NCBI RefSeq assembly: GCF_000829315.1
Contig: NZ_AP013028.1
Coordinates: 1,170,001-1,202,000 of the forward strand
Direction: 5' to 3'
Length of the DNA: 32,000 nt
DNA from: Wolbachia endosymbiont of Cimex lectularius
GTDB taxonomy: Bacteria; Pseudomonadota; Alphaproteobacteria; Rickettsiales; Anaplasmataceae
Under the pieces are notes generated by a model. The model did no database searches, was not told the origin of the DNA, and was given only the letters and a program-made list of their open reading frames with translations. Made by a program: the position numbers and the translations under genes. This document shows, piece after piece, positions 18,228 through 27,810 of the stretch. Each line of letters opens with the position of its first letter. Positions within the stretch are counted from its first letter, which is position 1.

Positions 18228-18689
18228 GTGAGCATGAAATCAAGGATAGTAGGAATGACTCCAAAAAAATCAGCTGAAGGTAAACCTACAGTACCGCTAA
18301 AATCTGAGAGTCAAGGCCGTAGGCAATCAGCACAAAAAGTTGCTGATAAAGCAGCACCAGCAGTAAAAGTGGTTGCTATGAAAGAAGAAGTAAATAGCAA
18401 GAAGGACGGCAGAGTAAAGTCGATGGTAGGAAAAATTGAGCAAGATCAAACTGCTGCAAGCAAAACCACTCCAGTGGCACAAGCAGATATCGGTGTGAAG
18501 AAAGATCCTGCACCATCGCCAAAAGCTGCCTCCCAATCTCACTCATTTCCAGCGGGAAATGAAAGATCTGAAATGAACCCCATAACAGCAAAGTCCGATC
18601 CTAAGCCTCCAGCTAGTAAAAAGCCCCTTCTCACGCATGTTAGCGTAAAGGAAATAACTGCACGATTTGAAAGTCATGGAAAGAAATAA
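18228..18689 (+). CDS. Hypothetical disordered Lys/Pro/Ala-rich protein with a C-terminal ..VSVKEITARFES tail
   Basis: The 153-aa ORF is low-complexity, and its frame is open from the IS boundary (18129). The start is uncertain (GTG 18228, ATG 18234 or ATG 18255). The tail motif is shared with the ORFs at 24573..25973 and 14077..14907. Confidence 0.5.
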   Translation: MSMKSRIVGMTPKKSAEGKPTVPLKSESQGRRQSAQKVADKAAPAVKVVAMKEEVNSKKDGRVKSMVGKIEQDQTAASKTTPVAQADIGVKKDPAPSPKAASQSHSFPAGNERSEMNPITAKSDPKPPASKKPLLTHVSVKEITARFESHGKK

Positions 18690-18812
18690 CCATAGATCTC
18701 TTGCATTATGGTGAGAAATTTTTAGGAGTAACGCAACCGCAGAATACTTGCAGTATTTGAGGAGCAGAAGCAAGTTTTGACGCAAAATCAGAAAGCGGAT
18801 TATGTAGGAGAT

Positions 18813-19913
18813 CTATTGAATAAACCCTATAATATCCTTTATTTCTTTTATGTTGTGGTTTGCAATCTCTGCTGCTTTTTCTGTACCTTTCTTTAACATT
18901 TCATGTAAATGGGACTGGTCCTTTAAGAGGTCTCTCATTTTCTCACGTATAGGTGATACAACACTGATAATTAAATCAGCCAACTCTTTTTTAAAGTGCC
19001 TCATATCGTGCTTGTTCATCTCTTCACATACTCTTTCTACATCCAAACTACTCAGCACTGAATAAATGTTTATCAAGTTACTTACTTCCGGACGACACTT
19101 TAAAGTAGGAAAATAAAAGCCTAGCATTGAGTCTGTCTTCGCTTTTTCTATTTTTTTAGCAATGAAATCATCTGTGTCGTCAAGGCTAATGCGTGAGTAT
19201 TCTGAAGGATCAGATTTACTCATTTTGCTTGTGCCATCTCTTAAGCTCATTATTCTTGATGCGTGGTCCAAAACTAGGATTTCAGGCACAACGAAATAAT
19301 TTAGTTTATAGTGATTGTTGAAAGTGAGTGCGACATCGCGTGTGAGCTCCAAATGCTGCTTTTGATCATCACCAACAGGAACGTATTTAGTTTTATATAG
19401 CAGTATATCTGCAGCCATAAGCACTGGGTAACTATATAGCCCTAAAGAGGCTTTTTGTTTATCGCTACCGGCTTTATCTTTGAATTGAGTCATGCGACTG
19501 AGCCAACCAACTGGTGTATAGCACCCAAGTAGCCAACCGAGTTCTGCATGACCGCTGACTGTGGACTGACTAAAAATAATGGACTTTTCTGGATCTATTC
19601 CGCACGCAATGTAAGCTGCTGCTGTCTTAAGAATATTACTTTTTAATTCGCTGGCAGGAAGTTTATTAGCTGTGATTGCATGCAAGTCAACAATACAGAA
19701 AAGAGATTCATATTTGTTCTGTAAGTCTATCCACTGCTTGATTGCACCAAGATAATTACCTAAGTGCAGTATGCCACTTGGTTGAATGCCTGAAAAGACA
19801 ATGGAATCTTTCAAAGCTTGATTTCCGATGATAGTTTTGCTCTGCTTTTTAAACGCACTCGAGTATTCTGTGATGCGTTTCTCCTCTTCGTTATTATAAC
19901 AACCAGATGTCAT
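18813..19913 (-). CDS. trpS: Tryptophanyl-tRNA synthetase
   Basis: Class I signatures HLGNYLGA and KMSKS. The start is ATG 19913 or GTG 19931, giving a ~35-aa N-terminal extension before IVFSGIQPSG. Confidence 0.92.
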   Translation of the reverse strand: MTSGCYNNEEEKRITEYSSAFKKQSKTIIGNQALKDSIVFSGIQPSGILHLGNYLGAIKQWIDLQNKYESLFCIVDLHAITANKLPASELKSNILKTAAAYIACGIDPEKSIIFSQSTVSGHAELGWLLGCYTPVGWLSRMTQFKDKAGSDKQKASLGLYSYPVLMAADILLYKTKYVPVGDDQKQHLELTRDVALTFNNHYKLNYFVVPEILVLDHASRIMSLRDGTSKMSKSDPSEYSRISLDDTDDFIAKKIEKAKTDSMLGFYFPTLKCRPEVSNLINIYSVLSSLDVERVCEEMNKHDMRHFKKELADLIISVVSPIREKMRDLLKDQSHLHEMLKKGTEKAAEIANHNIKEIKDIIGFIQ

Positions 19914-19963
19914 TCTAGTGCCCCGACACACAACTGTACGAACATTGTGATTTTGAGCCTGAG

Positions 19964-20107
19964 GGTGTCATCCAAGTAGCTGACACTGGGATCCAGGAAT
20001 TTTACTAAGTTGATGAGCATAAAAATAGCTGTTTTATGTTAAGACACAACGTTTTTAATGGGATTGCGTGCGGACTGGGTTCCAGTGTCAAGCGCTGGAA
20101 TGACACC
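19964..20107. repeat. MITE-like element with hairpin-forming inverted ends
   Basis: GGTGTCATCCAAGTAGCTGACACTGGGATCCAGG ... CTGGGTTCCAGTGTCAAGCGCTGGAATGACACC. The internal TGAGCATAAAAATAGCT is shared with 8656..8811. Confidence 0.75.
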
Positions 20108-20204
20108 TTTATGTTTGAGGCAAAATCCTCTATAACATTTAACACACTGTTTTTGGAACAAATGTTCGCACAGTTATGTGCTCCGACATCTATTTTCTTT
20201 TTCT

Positions 20205-20237
20205 GGATTCCAGCGTCACGCGCTGGAATGACACCAA
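20205..20237. repeat. Solo hairpin repeat
   Basis: GGATTCCAGCG-tcacg-CGCTGGAATGACACC has the same core as 503..533. Confidence 0.8.
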
Positions 20238-20296
20238 ACTGGGCTATTGATTTTCTACTTAAATAATAGTTATAAGGAAAGTCCAACCTTTGATAT

Positions 20297-20857
20297 TTAT
20301 GCATTTTCATCAGATTTCTTGGAAATAACAACGATTGCAGGACGAAGCAACCTACTTTTAATAGTATAACCGGTTTGTAAGACTTCCACGATAGTACCAG
20401 TTTCTTTTTCATTATCTTCTCTTTCCACAACGGCTTGGTGTAAATTACTATCAAAAGATTCTCCCATTGGGTCTATTTCTTCTATTCCGTGTTTTTTCAG
20501 ATCATTCATAATTTTTTGATGAGTTACTTTGATTCCTTCATGAACAGGATCGCCATCTTTTAAATTTTCCATCACTCTTTTTAAATTGTCGCACGAGTCG
20601 ATCATATCACGTGCAAATTGTGTAACTGCATAATCACTTGCATCGCTGATTTGCTTTTGCATTATACGTTTGACGTTTTCATTATCTGCAACAGCACGAC
20701 GTAAATGATCTTCAAGTTGAGCTGCACGCTCTTTCAACGCGTTGAGATTTTCTTCAAAATCATTAGTGTGTTTGCTACTACCTTGTTGGTCTTCGCTTTT
20801 TTGCTTATTTACCATATCGGTAAACTTCTTCTTTCTTTCTTTGCTACTATCTGACAT
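20297..20857 (-). CDS. grpE: Nucleotide exchange factor GrpE
   Basis: 186-aa ORF with a GrpE-type long helix plus a C-terminal beta domain (..GYTIKSRLLRPAIVVISK). Confidence 0.92.
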   Translation of the reverse strand: MSDSSKERKKKFTDMVNKQKSEDQQGSSKHTNDFEENLNALKERAAQLEDHLRRAVADNENVKRIMQKQISDASDYAVTQFARDMIDSCDNLKRVMENLKDGDPVHEGIKVTHQKIMNDLKKHGIEEIDPMGESFDSNLHQAVVEREDNEKETGTIVEVLQTGYTIKSRLLRPAIVVISKKSDENA

Positions 20858-20918
20858 ATCATTAACCTTAAGAACCTAATAAATATATAGCAACTAATCT
20901 GAAAATATCAAGAACTAG

Positions 20919-21905
20919 CTAAACTTGTCTTTCTATGCTTGTATTCAAAAAGTCAATCAAAGCAGTTTTATAAGGAGAATCAGAAAAAGTGCTAATATCA
21001 TTTAGCGCCATGTTAACATAGTGCCTTGCATTTTTTATAGAAAGCTCGATGGCATTGTGGTGACTAATATAGTGCAGCGCCTGGTCAAAATTGCGCTCAG
21101 CCGAAGAAAAACATTTTTCCCAAAATTTTTGTTCTGCTAGGCTGCCTTTTTCGTATGCTATAATAGCAGGTAAAGTTACTTTGCCTTCAAAAAAGTCTTT
21201 TCCAACTTGCTTTCCAGAAGTGCTTTGATCAGCAGTATAATCGAGCATGTCATCAATTATTTGGAATGCCATGCCAAAATTAAAACCAAAATTCCTTAGC
21301 CTTTCTGTTTCATCACTTGTAGCACCAGATATTACAGATGCAGCTTCACAACACGCAGAAAATAAAGACGCTGTTTTTTCTCCAATGATATCGAAATAAT
21401 TTGTCCGAGTAGTGTGAGGGTTAAAGCATGTCGTCATCTGTTTTATTTCACCTTTTACAAGCAAATGTGACGCTCTAGATAAAATAGAGAGAACATTTAA
21501 ATTTTCACATTCTATAAGCCATCTAAATGCTAGAGTCAATAATAGGTCACCAACTAAAATGCTCGATTTATTTCCCCAGATTTTATTTGCTGTTTTGACT
21601 CCATGGCGTGCTTCACTTTCATCGAGCACGTCATCGTGAAGTAAAGTAGCATTGTGTATAAGTTCTACCGATGCAGCAACTCTCACTCTGTCCTCCCCAG
21701 AGTAGTTCAGCATTTTGCATAAGATGAAGACGAATTTAGGCCTTATTTTTTTTCCACCTGACCCAACAAGATGAGATATAATATCAGCAGCAAGTTTGAT
21801 GTTTTCATCATCAACGTTTCTGAAGATAAAATCTTTCATAGCTGATAAATCAGAAGATATAATATCATCTAATTTACCGTTATTTATTAAATCAGTGTTC
21901 AACAT
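20919..21905 (-). CDS. ispB: Polyprenyl (octaprenyl) diphosphate synthase
   Basis: Two Asp-rich motifs (LLHDDVLDES and IIDDMLDY) in a trans-IPPS fold of typical length. Confidence 0.88.
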   Translation of the reverse strand: MLNTDLINNGKLDDIISSDLSAMKDFIFRNVDDENIKLAADIISHLVGSGGKKIRPKFVFILCKMLNYSGEDRVRVAASVELIHNATLLHDDVLDESEARHGVKTANKIWGNKSSILVGDLLLTLAFRWLIECENLNVLSILSRASHLLVKGEIKQMTTCFNPHTTRTNYFDIIGEKTASLFSACCEAASVISGATSDETERLRNFGFNFGMAFQIIDDMLDYTADQSTSGKQVGKDFFEGKVTLPAIIAYEKGSLAEQKFWEKCFSSAERNFDQALHYISHHNAIELSIKNARHYVNMALNDISTFSDSPYKTALIDFLNTSIERQV

Positions 21906-21915
21906 TTAAAGAGAC

Positions 21916-22248
21916 TTATGCCTCTTGTTCTTTCACTTTCTGTGTTGCTACTTTCTTTTCCTCTGTTTTTTTTGCTTCTATCTTCTTCTTTGTTTCTAAA
22001 GCGATCATGCCTTTTTCAATGAACCATAGCACTCTCTTGGTTGGTTGCGCACCCACATTTAACCAATGTTCTAATCTATCAACTTTTACCACAACACGAT
22101 TTTTGTTGTCTTTTGGTAGCATCGGGTCATATTGCCCTATTCTCTCAATAAAACGCCCATCCCTTGGTGCCAGCGAATTAGCTACAACTATCCTGTAAAA
22201 AGGGCGTTTCTTTTTACCAAACCTTGCCAACCTTATTTTAACTGTCAT
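21916..22248 (-). CDS. rpsP: 30S ribosomal protein S16
   Basis: [22 protein letters not shown].. with a Lys-rich C-terminal extension. Confidence 0.95.
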   Translation of the reverse strand: MTVKIRLARFGKKKRPFYRIVVANSLAPRDGRFIERIGQYDPMLPKDNKNRVVVKVDRLEHWLNVGAQPTKRVLWFIEKGMIALETKKKIEAKKTEEKKVATQKVKEQEA

Positions 22249-22276
22249 GTTAACCTTTATTCATACGTTATTTACA

Positions 22277-22304
22277 ATTTTATACAATAAGCAGTTTAAG
22301 TCAA
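22277..22304 (-). promoter_or_regulatory. Putative proximal promoter of rpsP
   Basis: On the minus strand: TTGACT (22299..22304), 16 nt spacer, TAAAAT (22277..22282), about 30 nt upstream of ATG 22248. Confidence 0.45.
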
Positions 22305-22420
22305 ATGAATTTTCTTACAATAGACTGCTTGCATAACCTAAATTAAGCAGAAAAAGGTAATTTACTGTCTGCCACTACCTGCAGATCTCATCCGCTAGCA
22401 AGCAGTGGGATGATGGTAGC

Positions 22421-22810
22421 TATAAATATTTAAGAAATTTACCAAGCAAGAAAAAAAAAGCAAAAGAAGCCCTGGCCATTGTTTATTTTCAGTATTGGCG
22501 TTTTTATGCCTTAAACGCTGCAATTTAGCTGCTTTTAAACGCAACTAGTCTAAGCTATAATATTTAAGAAATTTACCAGGCAGAAGAAAAGGACAATAAA
22601 ACCCCGAGGTAGCTAGTTATTCCACTCTCTATTTTAAAATCCGACGTTGGGTGATGTCTTAAACGACTTATAAGCGCGTTTCAGCTTGTATGGGTAAAAA
22701 CCCGAAGTTTTAAAAAGACATGCAGTGCATAGATTGGGAAGTTAAACAAATAGCTTCAGTTTCATTATAAAGGGGTTGAAAGGATTTGCCAAGTAATTTT
22801 TTTGGCCCGT
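22421..22810 (-). repeat. Promoter-bearing intergenic repeat, copy D (inverted orientation; two tandem modules)
   Basis: On the minus strand: A-tract, TTGGCA (22787..22792), 17 nt spacer, TATAAT (22764..22769), then the leader GAAACTGAAGCTATTTGTTTAACTT. The core 22655..22719 matches 8282..8346 with a few mismatches. Module ends lie at ~22590-22610 and ~22445-22475. Confidence 0.8.
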
Positions 22811-22832
22811 TTAAATCACAATAGTTGTAAAA

Positions 22833-23204
22833 CTAGCTGCAGATTACAATAAATGCAGTAGCGTAATCCCCGTCATCGCTTAAGGAGAGGTGAATTATGT
22901 GGTCCTTGGAGATAGAATCCTTGCTAATGGCTAGATGCGGCTTTCCTCTTATATCATTGTATATTTCTATGTCTTTTATTGTAATGCCCTGGCTGAATCC
23001 ACTGCCTAGTGCTTTAACAAAAGCCTCCTTTGCTGCAAAGCGTTTAGCAAAATACTTTGCCCGTATTTCTTGACTGTTGTACTTTCTGCTTATCTCTATT
23101 TCCTGCTCAGTGTAGACTTTATTGAGGAATTTTTCCCCATACTTCTGCAGTATTTTCAATATCCTTGGTATATGTACTATGTCAGTGCCGATGCCGCGTA
23201 TCAT
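22833..23204 (-). CDS. acpS: Holo-[acyl-carrier-protein] synthase
   Basis: 123-aa ORF with an [11 protein letters not shown]-terminus, typical of AcpS-type PPTases. Its ATG overlaps the proS stop (ATGA, 23201..23204). Confidence 0.88.
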   Translation of the reverse strand: MIRGIGTDIVHIPRILKILQKYGEKFLNKVYTEQEIEISRKYNSQEIRAKYFAKRFAAKEAFVKALGSGFSQGITIKDIEIYNDIRGKPHLAISKDSISKDHIIHLSLSDDGDYATAFIVICS

Positions 23205-24478
23205 TCTGCATTGAAGCGGTTTATTGCTTCTTCAATCTGCATTTCCTCAATTTCTCCAGTTGCCCTATTTTTTATTTCAACTATATTTTCACTTGCTGCT
23301 TTCTTTCCAACAATTATTTGCCACGGTAAGCCTATTAGGTCCATTCTAGCAAATTTCACTCCTACGCTTCCCTCTGTATCATTGTAAAGCACTTCATCGT
23401 TTTTTAAAGCTTTGTATATTTTGTCTGCAATCTCCACGCATTTGCTAGTTTTCGTTTGTAAATTGATTAGACCAATCCTAAAGGGAGCTATCGCCTCTGG
23501 CCAGATAATCCCTTTATCATCATGAAAAGCTTCTATTATCGCACCAACAAGCCTTGAAACTCCAATGCCATACGAACCCATATGCACGTTGACATTTTTT
23601 CCATCGTGTGAGGTGACTTTTGCATTCATTGGCTTTGAATATTTATCGCCAAAATAAAAAATGTGCCCTATTTCAATACCTTTACTAACGCTTAACTGTT
23701 CTTGCGGTATAGGGCAAGTTTTGAGGTCGTGCATATCATCTGCAACTGCGTATATACTCTTCAGACTTTCAATATCTTCACTTTCTAATAACTTGGAAAA
23801 TTTATTGTCGTAGTATAAAGTGCTCTCACCAGTGCTTGCCAATATGTGAAATTCATGGCTTAAATTTCCTCCAATTGGCCCTGTGTCTGCTCTTACTCCA
23901 ATTGGGGTGAGTCCCATGCGTTTGAAGATTTTTATGTAAGTTTTGTACATCAAATTGTATGAATTCAGTGCATTTTCATAGTCTATATCGAAACTATACG
24001 CATCCTTCATCAAAAATTCCCTGCCTCTCATAACACCATAACGAGGCCTTACTTCATCACGAAACTTCCACTGAATTTGATATAAACAAAGTGGTAAATC
24101 CTTGTAACTCTTTACTGTACCTCTAATCAAATCAGCTGCTACCTCCTCATGCGTTGGCCCGAAAAGCATATCACTCTCATGCCTATCCTTAATGCGCAGC
24201 ATCTCTTTGCCGTAATCATCATAACGTCCTGATTCTCGCCAAAGGCTTGCTGGTTGCACACAAGGCATTAATACCTCAATTGCACCAGCTTTATTCATTT
24301 CATCTCTGATGATGTCTTCAATATTCCTAAGCACGCGCAGACCGAGCGATAACCAAGAATGAATGCCAGACGCTGTCTGCTTGATTAAGCTCGCACGTAA
24401 CGAATATCGGTGAGAAGCAATTTCAGCACCAGCCGGGATCTCTTTCAAAGTTGGTAGGTAATATTTAGATAGGCGCAT
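23201..24478 (-). CDS. proS: Prolyl-tRNA synthetase (short form without an insertion editing domain)
   Basis: Class II core ([25 protein letters not shown]; [16 protein letters not shown]) with a C-terminal anticodon-binding domain. Confidence 0.95.
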   Translation of the reverse strand: MRLSKYYLPTLKEIPAGAEIASHRYSLRASLIKQTASGIHSWLSLGLRVLRNIEDIIRDEMNKAGAIEVLMPCVQPASLWRESGRYDDYGKEMLRIKDRHESDMLFGPTHEEVAADLIRGTVKSYKDLPLCLYQIQWKFRDEVRPRYGVMRGREFLMKDAYSFDIDYENALNSYNLMYKTYIKIFKRMGLTPIGVRADTGPIGGNLSHEFHILASTGESTLYYDNKFSKLLESEDIESLKSIYAVADDMHDLKTCPIPQEQLSVSKGIEIGHIFYFGDKYSKPMNAKVTSHDGKNVNVHMGSYGIGVSRLVGAIIEAFHDDKGIIWPEAIAPFRIGLINLQTKTSKCVEIADKIYKALKNDEVLYNDTEGSVGVKFARMDLIGLPWQIIVGKKAASENIVEIKNRATGEIEEMQIEEAINRFNAE

Positions 24479-24481
24479 TTA

Positions 24482-24525
24482 ATAGATCTGATTGTACTGA
24501 GTAATTTTAGTACAATCAGATCTAT
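24482..24525. terminator. 17-bp perfect inverted repeat between the effector-like ORF and proS
   Basis: ATAGATCTGATTGTACT-gagtaatttt-AGTACAATCAGATCTAT. There is no U-tract on the minus strand, and it lies immediately upstream of the proS ATG. Confidence 0.4.
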
Positions 24526-24572
24526 AGGTAAACTTATTTTAAGAAGGGAAGCGCTAAAACATCTCCATTCTA

Positions 24573-25973
24573 TTACCTATAATTTTCAAACAGTTTAGCA
24601 CGCTCCTTGAAAGAAAGAGCAGATGGTTCTTCCAACTTGCTACTCGTTAAGCCTGTACCATTCTCTTTTTCTATAAGAGGACTTTTAGGTCTTGTGTGTA
24701 AATTAGCAGGCTTAAGAGGTAACGATGGCTCCTCTACCTCTGGTGCAGAATGTAGCGGAGATATGGGTTTAAGTTCTACGTTATTACCGGATATATAACC
24801 ACCGTCGGAAGATCCGCTTCTTTCTCTATGGCCTAATTGGGAGCCTGAAGATGCCTGCACGACAGTTCCTTGGCTCGCATTCCGATTTTCATTATCACTA
24901 GATATATGATCATTGTCGGGACTTTCGCTTCTTGTTTTACTACCTGGCTGAGGGTTTGAGGGTGTAGATTTTTTTCTGCGTTTTGTCCGCTTCTTCTGCT
25001 TTGTCTCTTTCCGTTTGCTTTCACCTTCATCTGTAGAGCAACCTGAACTACCGTCAGAATGTTCGCTTTCACTGTCTGGGTTTTTAATTATCTTTTTTCT
25101 CTTTGCAAGAGCCGGAGCTATATCTGCAGGACCAGATTGCCGTTGCCTTTTCCTTTCTGCTTGCTCCCTTTCAATTTTTGCAGCGAGCTCTTCTCTTATC
25201 TTTTGGTTAGCATTGTCCTCATTGCTTTTGGGTGTTGCACTCAACTTTTCTGGGTCTTGCTTACGAGTATCATCTTTTTTACTAGCCTTCCTTTTCTGCA
25301 AAAGATCTTTAAGCTCCTTATTTACATCACTCCAAAGATCTATTTGACTATTAGCCTTATTTTTAGGCCCGCTAGAGCTACCAGTTTTATTTTTTTTTGT
25401 ATTTCTCAACGCTGCGAGCGGATCGATTTGTATCACAGGTGGTGGTGGTGGTGGCGGTGGTGGCGGAGCAGCACTGTGTGGTGATTGGGACGCTGCAGCA
25501 CCAGTTTGTGGGATGGCTGTACCAAGCGTTATTGGAGATTGAGCAGGAGTATGTATACCTGATTCATTTTTTATATTAGTATTACCATCAAATTCCGTCT
25601 GTGTTCCACTATTTTGCTTAACAAGCTTATTGGATTCTTCTCCAGTTGACTTACTTTCCAGGTTAGTACTATTTTCATGCACAAATCCTCCTGCTAGCTC
25701 TTTTGTTGGCTGCTTAGGTTCAATTTGCTGGTCAGGTTCTTCTTTACTAGGGCCTGCTTCTTTCTTATTATCAGCTTTAGAAATGATCAGTTTGACAAGA
25801 TATATCACTGAAACCAGTGCAACAACAGCAGAAACAGTAAAAATTGCCAAAGGAACTGCTGCAATCGTACCAGAAAATGCTGTAATAACATAAGGAAGAT
25901 ATTGACTGGCTATAAAACTTAATACAGACGATGATAAAATAGCTATTAAAGGACCAAGATTGGATGTACGCAT
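24573..25973 (-). CDS. Effector-like membrane-anchored disordered protein (paired N-terminal TM helices, Pro10 tract, basic NLS-like cluster)
   Basis: 466-aa ORF with GAGGTG 6 nt upstream of the ATG. TM helices at aa ~7-24 and ~38-64. Pro10 at aa 170-179 (25437..25466). Also contains KRKETKQKKRTKRRKK, and the C-terminus is ..LSFKERAKLFENYR. Confidence 0.8.
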   Translation of the reverse strand: MRTSNLGPLIAILSSSVLSFIASQYLPYVITAFSGTIAAVPLAIFTVSAVVALVSVIYLVKLIISKADNKKEAGPSKEEPDQQIEPKQPTKELAGGFVHENSTNLESKSTGEESNKLVKQNSGTQTEFDGNTNIKNESGIHTPAQSPITLGTAIPQTGAAASQSPHSAAPPPPPPPPPPVIQIDPLAALRNTKKNKTGSSSGPKNKANSQIDLWSDVNKELKDLLQKRKASKKDDTRKQDPEKLSATPKSNEDNANQKIREELAAKIEREQAERKRQRQSGPADIAPALAKRKKIIKNPDSESEHSDGSSGCSTDEGESKRKETKQKKRTKRRKKSTPSNPQPGSKTRSESPDNDHISSDNENRNASQGTVVQASSGSQLGHRERSGSSDGGYISGNNVELKPISPLHSAPEVEEPSLPLKPANLHTRPKSPLIEKENGTGLTSSKLEEPSALSFKERAKLFENYR

Positions 25974-26003
25974 TTTTTCACCTCGCTAGCTTATACAATG
26001 TTG

Positions 26004-26031
26004 ATAATAGCTAAATTATCATACCTGTCAA
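26004..26031 (-). promoter_or_regulatory. Putative promoter of the 24573..25973 ORF
   Basis: On the minus strand: TTGACA (26026..26031), 16 nt spacer, TATTAT (26004..26009). Confidence 0.5.
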
Positions 26032-26095
26032 TAATTTATGGACAATTATTTTAATTTACTATACGACCAACAATGGTCACATAATATTTATAGAA

Positions 26096-27649
26096 TCATT
26101 TTCTTAGCATATACCGCAATATCTCACTCGCTATAGCAACATCCTGGCGTGGAGTTTTGCCGTGTTCTATGAATACAGAGATTGCGTAGCACGGGCCATG
26201 GCAGGGGCCATAAGCGATAAACAATTTATGGCTTTCACCCCTGGAGTTTATCTCTGGAGTACCGGTTTTGCCGGCAATTTGTATGAACTCAAGCCCTTTT
26301 CTATAGGCTCCAGCTTTAGAATTCACCACATCAAACATAGCTTTTCGAACTATGTCAAGGTGCTCATGATTCACATCGATTTCAGAAAAATCCTGTGCCG
26401 TTTTACTTATCTCAATGTGGGGAACCACCTCTTTCCCTGTTGCAATCCTTGCTGCAAGAACTGCAAGTTGCAGTGGTGTTGTAAGCAAATATCCCTGTCC
26501 TATAACTAAGTTGATAGTGTCACCCAAATACCACTGCGAATATAGCTTCTGCATGCGCCAATCTCTATCAGGCAATAACCCTGGAGCTTCCTCCTTAAAC
26601 GTTCCAATTAGTGGCCCACTTCCGATACCAAATTTTCTGGCCATTTCTACTAGAGAGTCTATACTTATTTTTTTTCCTATATTATAAAAGTAAGTGTTGC
26701 ATGAGAAAGTCATTGCCTCGTTTAAAGATACATATCCATGGGCTTTGCTTTTCAGGCAACGGAATTTCCGCTCTCCTATTGTCATATAGCCCCTACATGA
26801 AAATTTTTCCTCTGGTGTGATTATTCCGTCCTTTAAACCTGCAAGCGCAACTATTACTTTAAATATCGAACCAGGTGGAATTTGATACGATAATGCACGA
26901 TTTACAAGCGGTAATGAAGGAGCATTTAGACTCTCCCAAGTCTCATTCGATAGTCTGCTAGTAAAGAGATTATTATCGTAGGAGGGTGAATTGTATAACG
27001 CTAAAATTTCCCCATTATTTACATCAATGACCACTGCAGAGCCTTTGTGACCCTGAAATACCTCTGCAATTTTCTTCTGCAGATCAATATCAATTGTTAG
27101 CTGCACATCTTGCCCGTCTTGCTGTGGTATGTTCAATAATTCTCTCATAACACGCTTCTTGGAATTTATTTCCTGCTCAGATTTCCCTGGTTCACCTTTT
27201 AATATATGATCATACGTATACTCAATGCCACTTACTCCTACCTCGCTTATTTCCTGCTGTTTTTTCGTATACCCAAGTACATGAGAACACATCGAACCAA
27301 ACGGATAGTAACGTTTATAAAGAGCAGTTATTTTTGTCCCCGAAGGTCTTGCTAAATCAGATTCAATTTCTGATAACACCTGCAAATCAGCTTCTTTACC
27401 AGAAATTTTCTGCTCATTAAACACGATTTTGTTTACCGCGAGTTCGACGCCATTTCTATCTAGAATTCTGCCCCGCCTAGGCACAATATTGGTAATCCGT
27501 ATCCTATTATTGTTAGAAAGCGCTTCGTATTTTTGTCTATTCCGTATTTGTAAATTATATAGCCTATAACTAAAAATTGTAGAAATGGTAAGCTGAATGC
27601 TACCTAATATGAATGCTCTGCGGTTAAAGACTTTGTTTTTTGTCCACAT
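26096..27649 (-). CDS. mrdA: Penicillin-binding protein 2 (elongasome transpeptidase)
   Basis: N-terminal membrane anchor and transpeptidase motifs SIFK (SxxK), SCN (SxN) and KTGT. Confidence 0.9.
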   Translation of the reverse strand: MWTKNKVFNRRAFILGSIQLTISTIFSYRLYNLQIRNRQKYEALSNNNRIRITNIVPRRGRILDRNGVELAVNKIVFNEQKISGKEADLQVLSEIESDLARPSGTKITALYKRYYPFGSMCSHVLGYTKKQQEISEVGVSGIEYTYDHILKGEPGKSEQEINSKKRVMRELLNIPQQDGQDVQLTIDIDLQKKIAEVFQGHKGSAVVIDVNNGEILALYNSPSYDNNLFTSRLSNETWESLNAPSLPLVNRALSYQIPPGSIFKVIVALAGLKDGIITPEEKFSCRGYMTIGERKFRCLKSKAHGYVSLNEAMTFSCNTYFYNIGKKISIDSLVEMARKFGIGSGPLIGTFKEEAPGLLPDRDWRMQKLYSQWYLGDTINLVIGQGYLLTTPLQLAVLAARIATGKEVVPHIEISKTAQDFSEIDVNHEHLDIVRKAMFDVVNSKAGAYRKGLEFIQIAGKTGTPEINSRGESHKLFIAYGPCHGPCYAISVFIEHGKTPRQDVAIASEILRYMLRK

Positions 27650-27810
27650 AGAATCCCTTCAAATATAGCTCTGTGGCTTATTATATGAATATAAGAGACC
27701 GAAAAACTTCTACACATGAATTGCAAAGGCAGTATGTTAAATGTTATAGCAGTTAAATGCAAATAAGTACACTTGTGCAAACATTGTCAGCCGTAAGCTA
27801 AATAATTCAC

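Noticed and set aside
16984-18689. Idea that the 16984 ORF and the 18228 ORF are halves of one gene split by the IS
   Set aside because: After removing the IS and one TAA copy, the upstream frame stops at 18148..18150. The downstream frame is offset by 1 nt and is closed by TAA/TGA at 17259..17267. The IS therefore sits in the last codons of the first ORF, not inside a single gene.
20005-20454. 149-aa minus-strand ORF and the overlapping 76-aa plus-strand ORF (20036..20266)
   Set aside because: Both run through the MITE-like element and the solo hairpin, and one overlaps the 3' end of grpE. They are repeat-derived, with no coding signal.
25380-25436. Possible WH2 actin-binding motif after the Pro10 tract (IDPLAALRNTKKNK)
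   Set aside because: The spacing between the hydrophobic helix and the basic LKKV-like element is 3-4 residues too short, and the LKKV core is absent. I cannot support it as a WH2 motif from sequence alone.
25015-25893. Several plus-strand ORFs (25015..25347, 25059..25484, 25397..25579, 25630..25893) opposite the Pro10 protein
   Set aside because: These are antisense or shadow frames kept open by the low-complexity composition of the real minus-strand gene; for example the W/R runs are the complement of the Pro10 tract.
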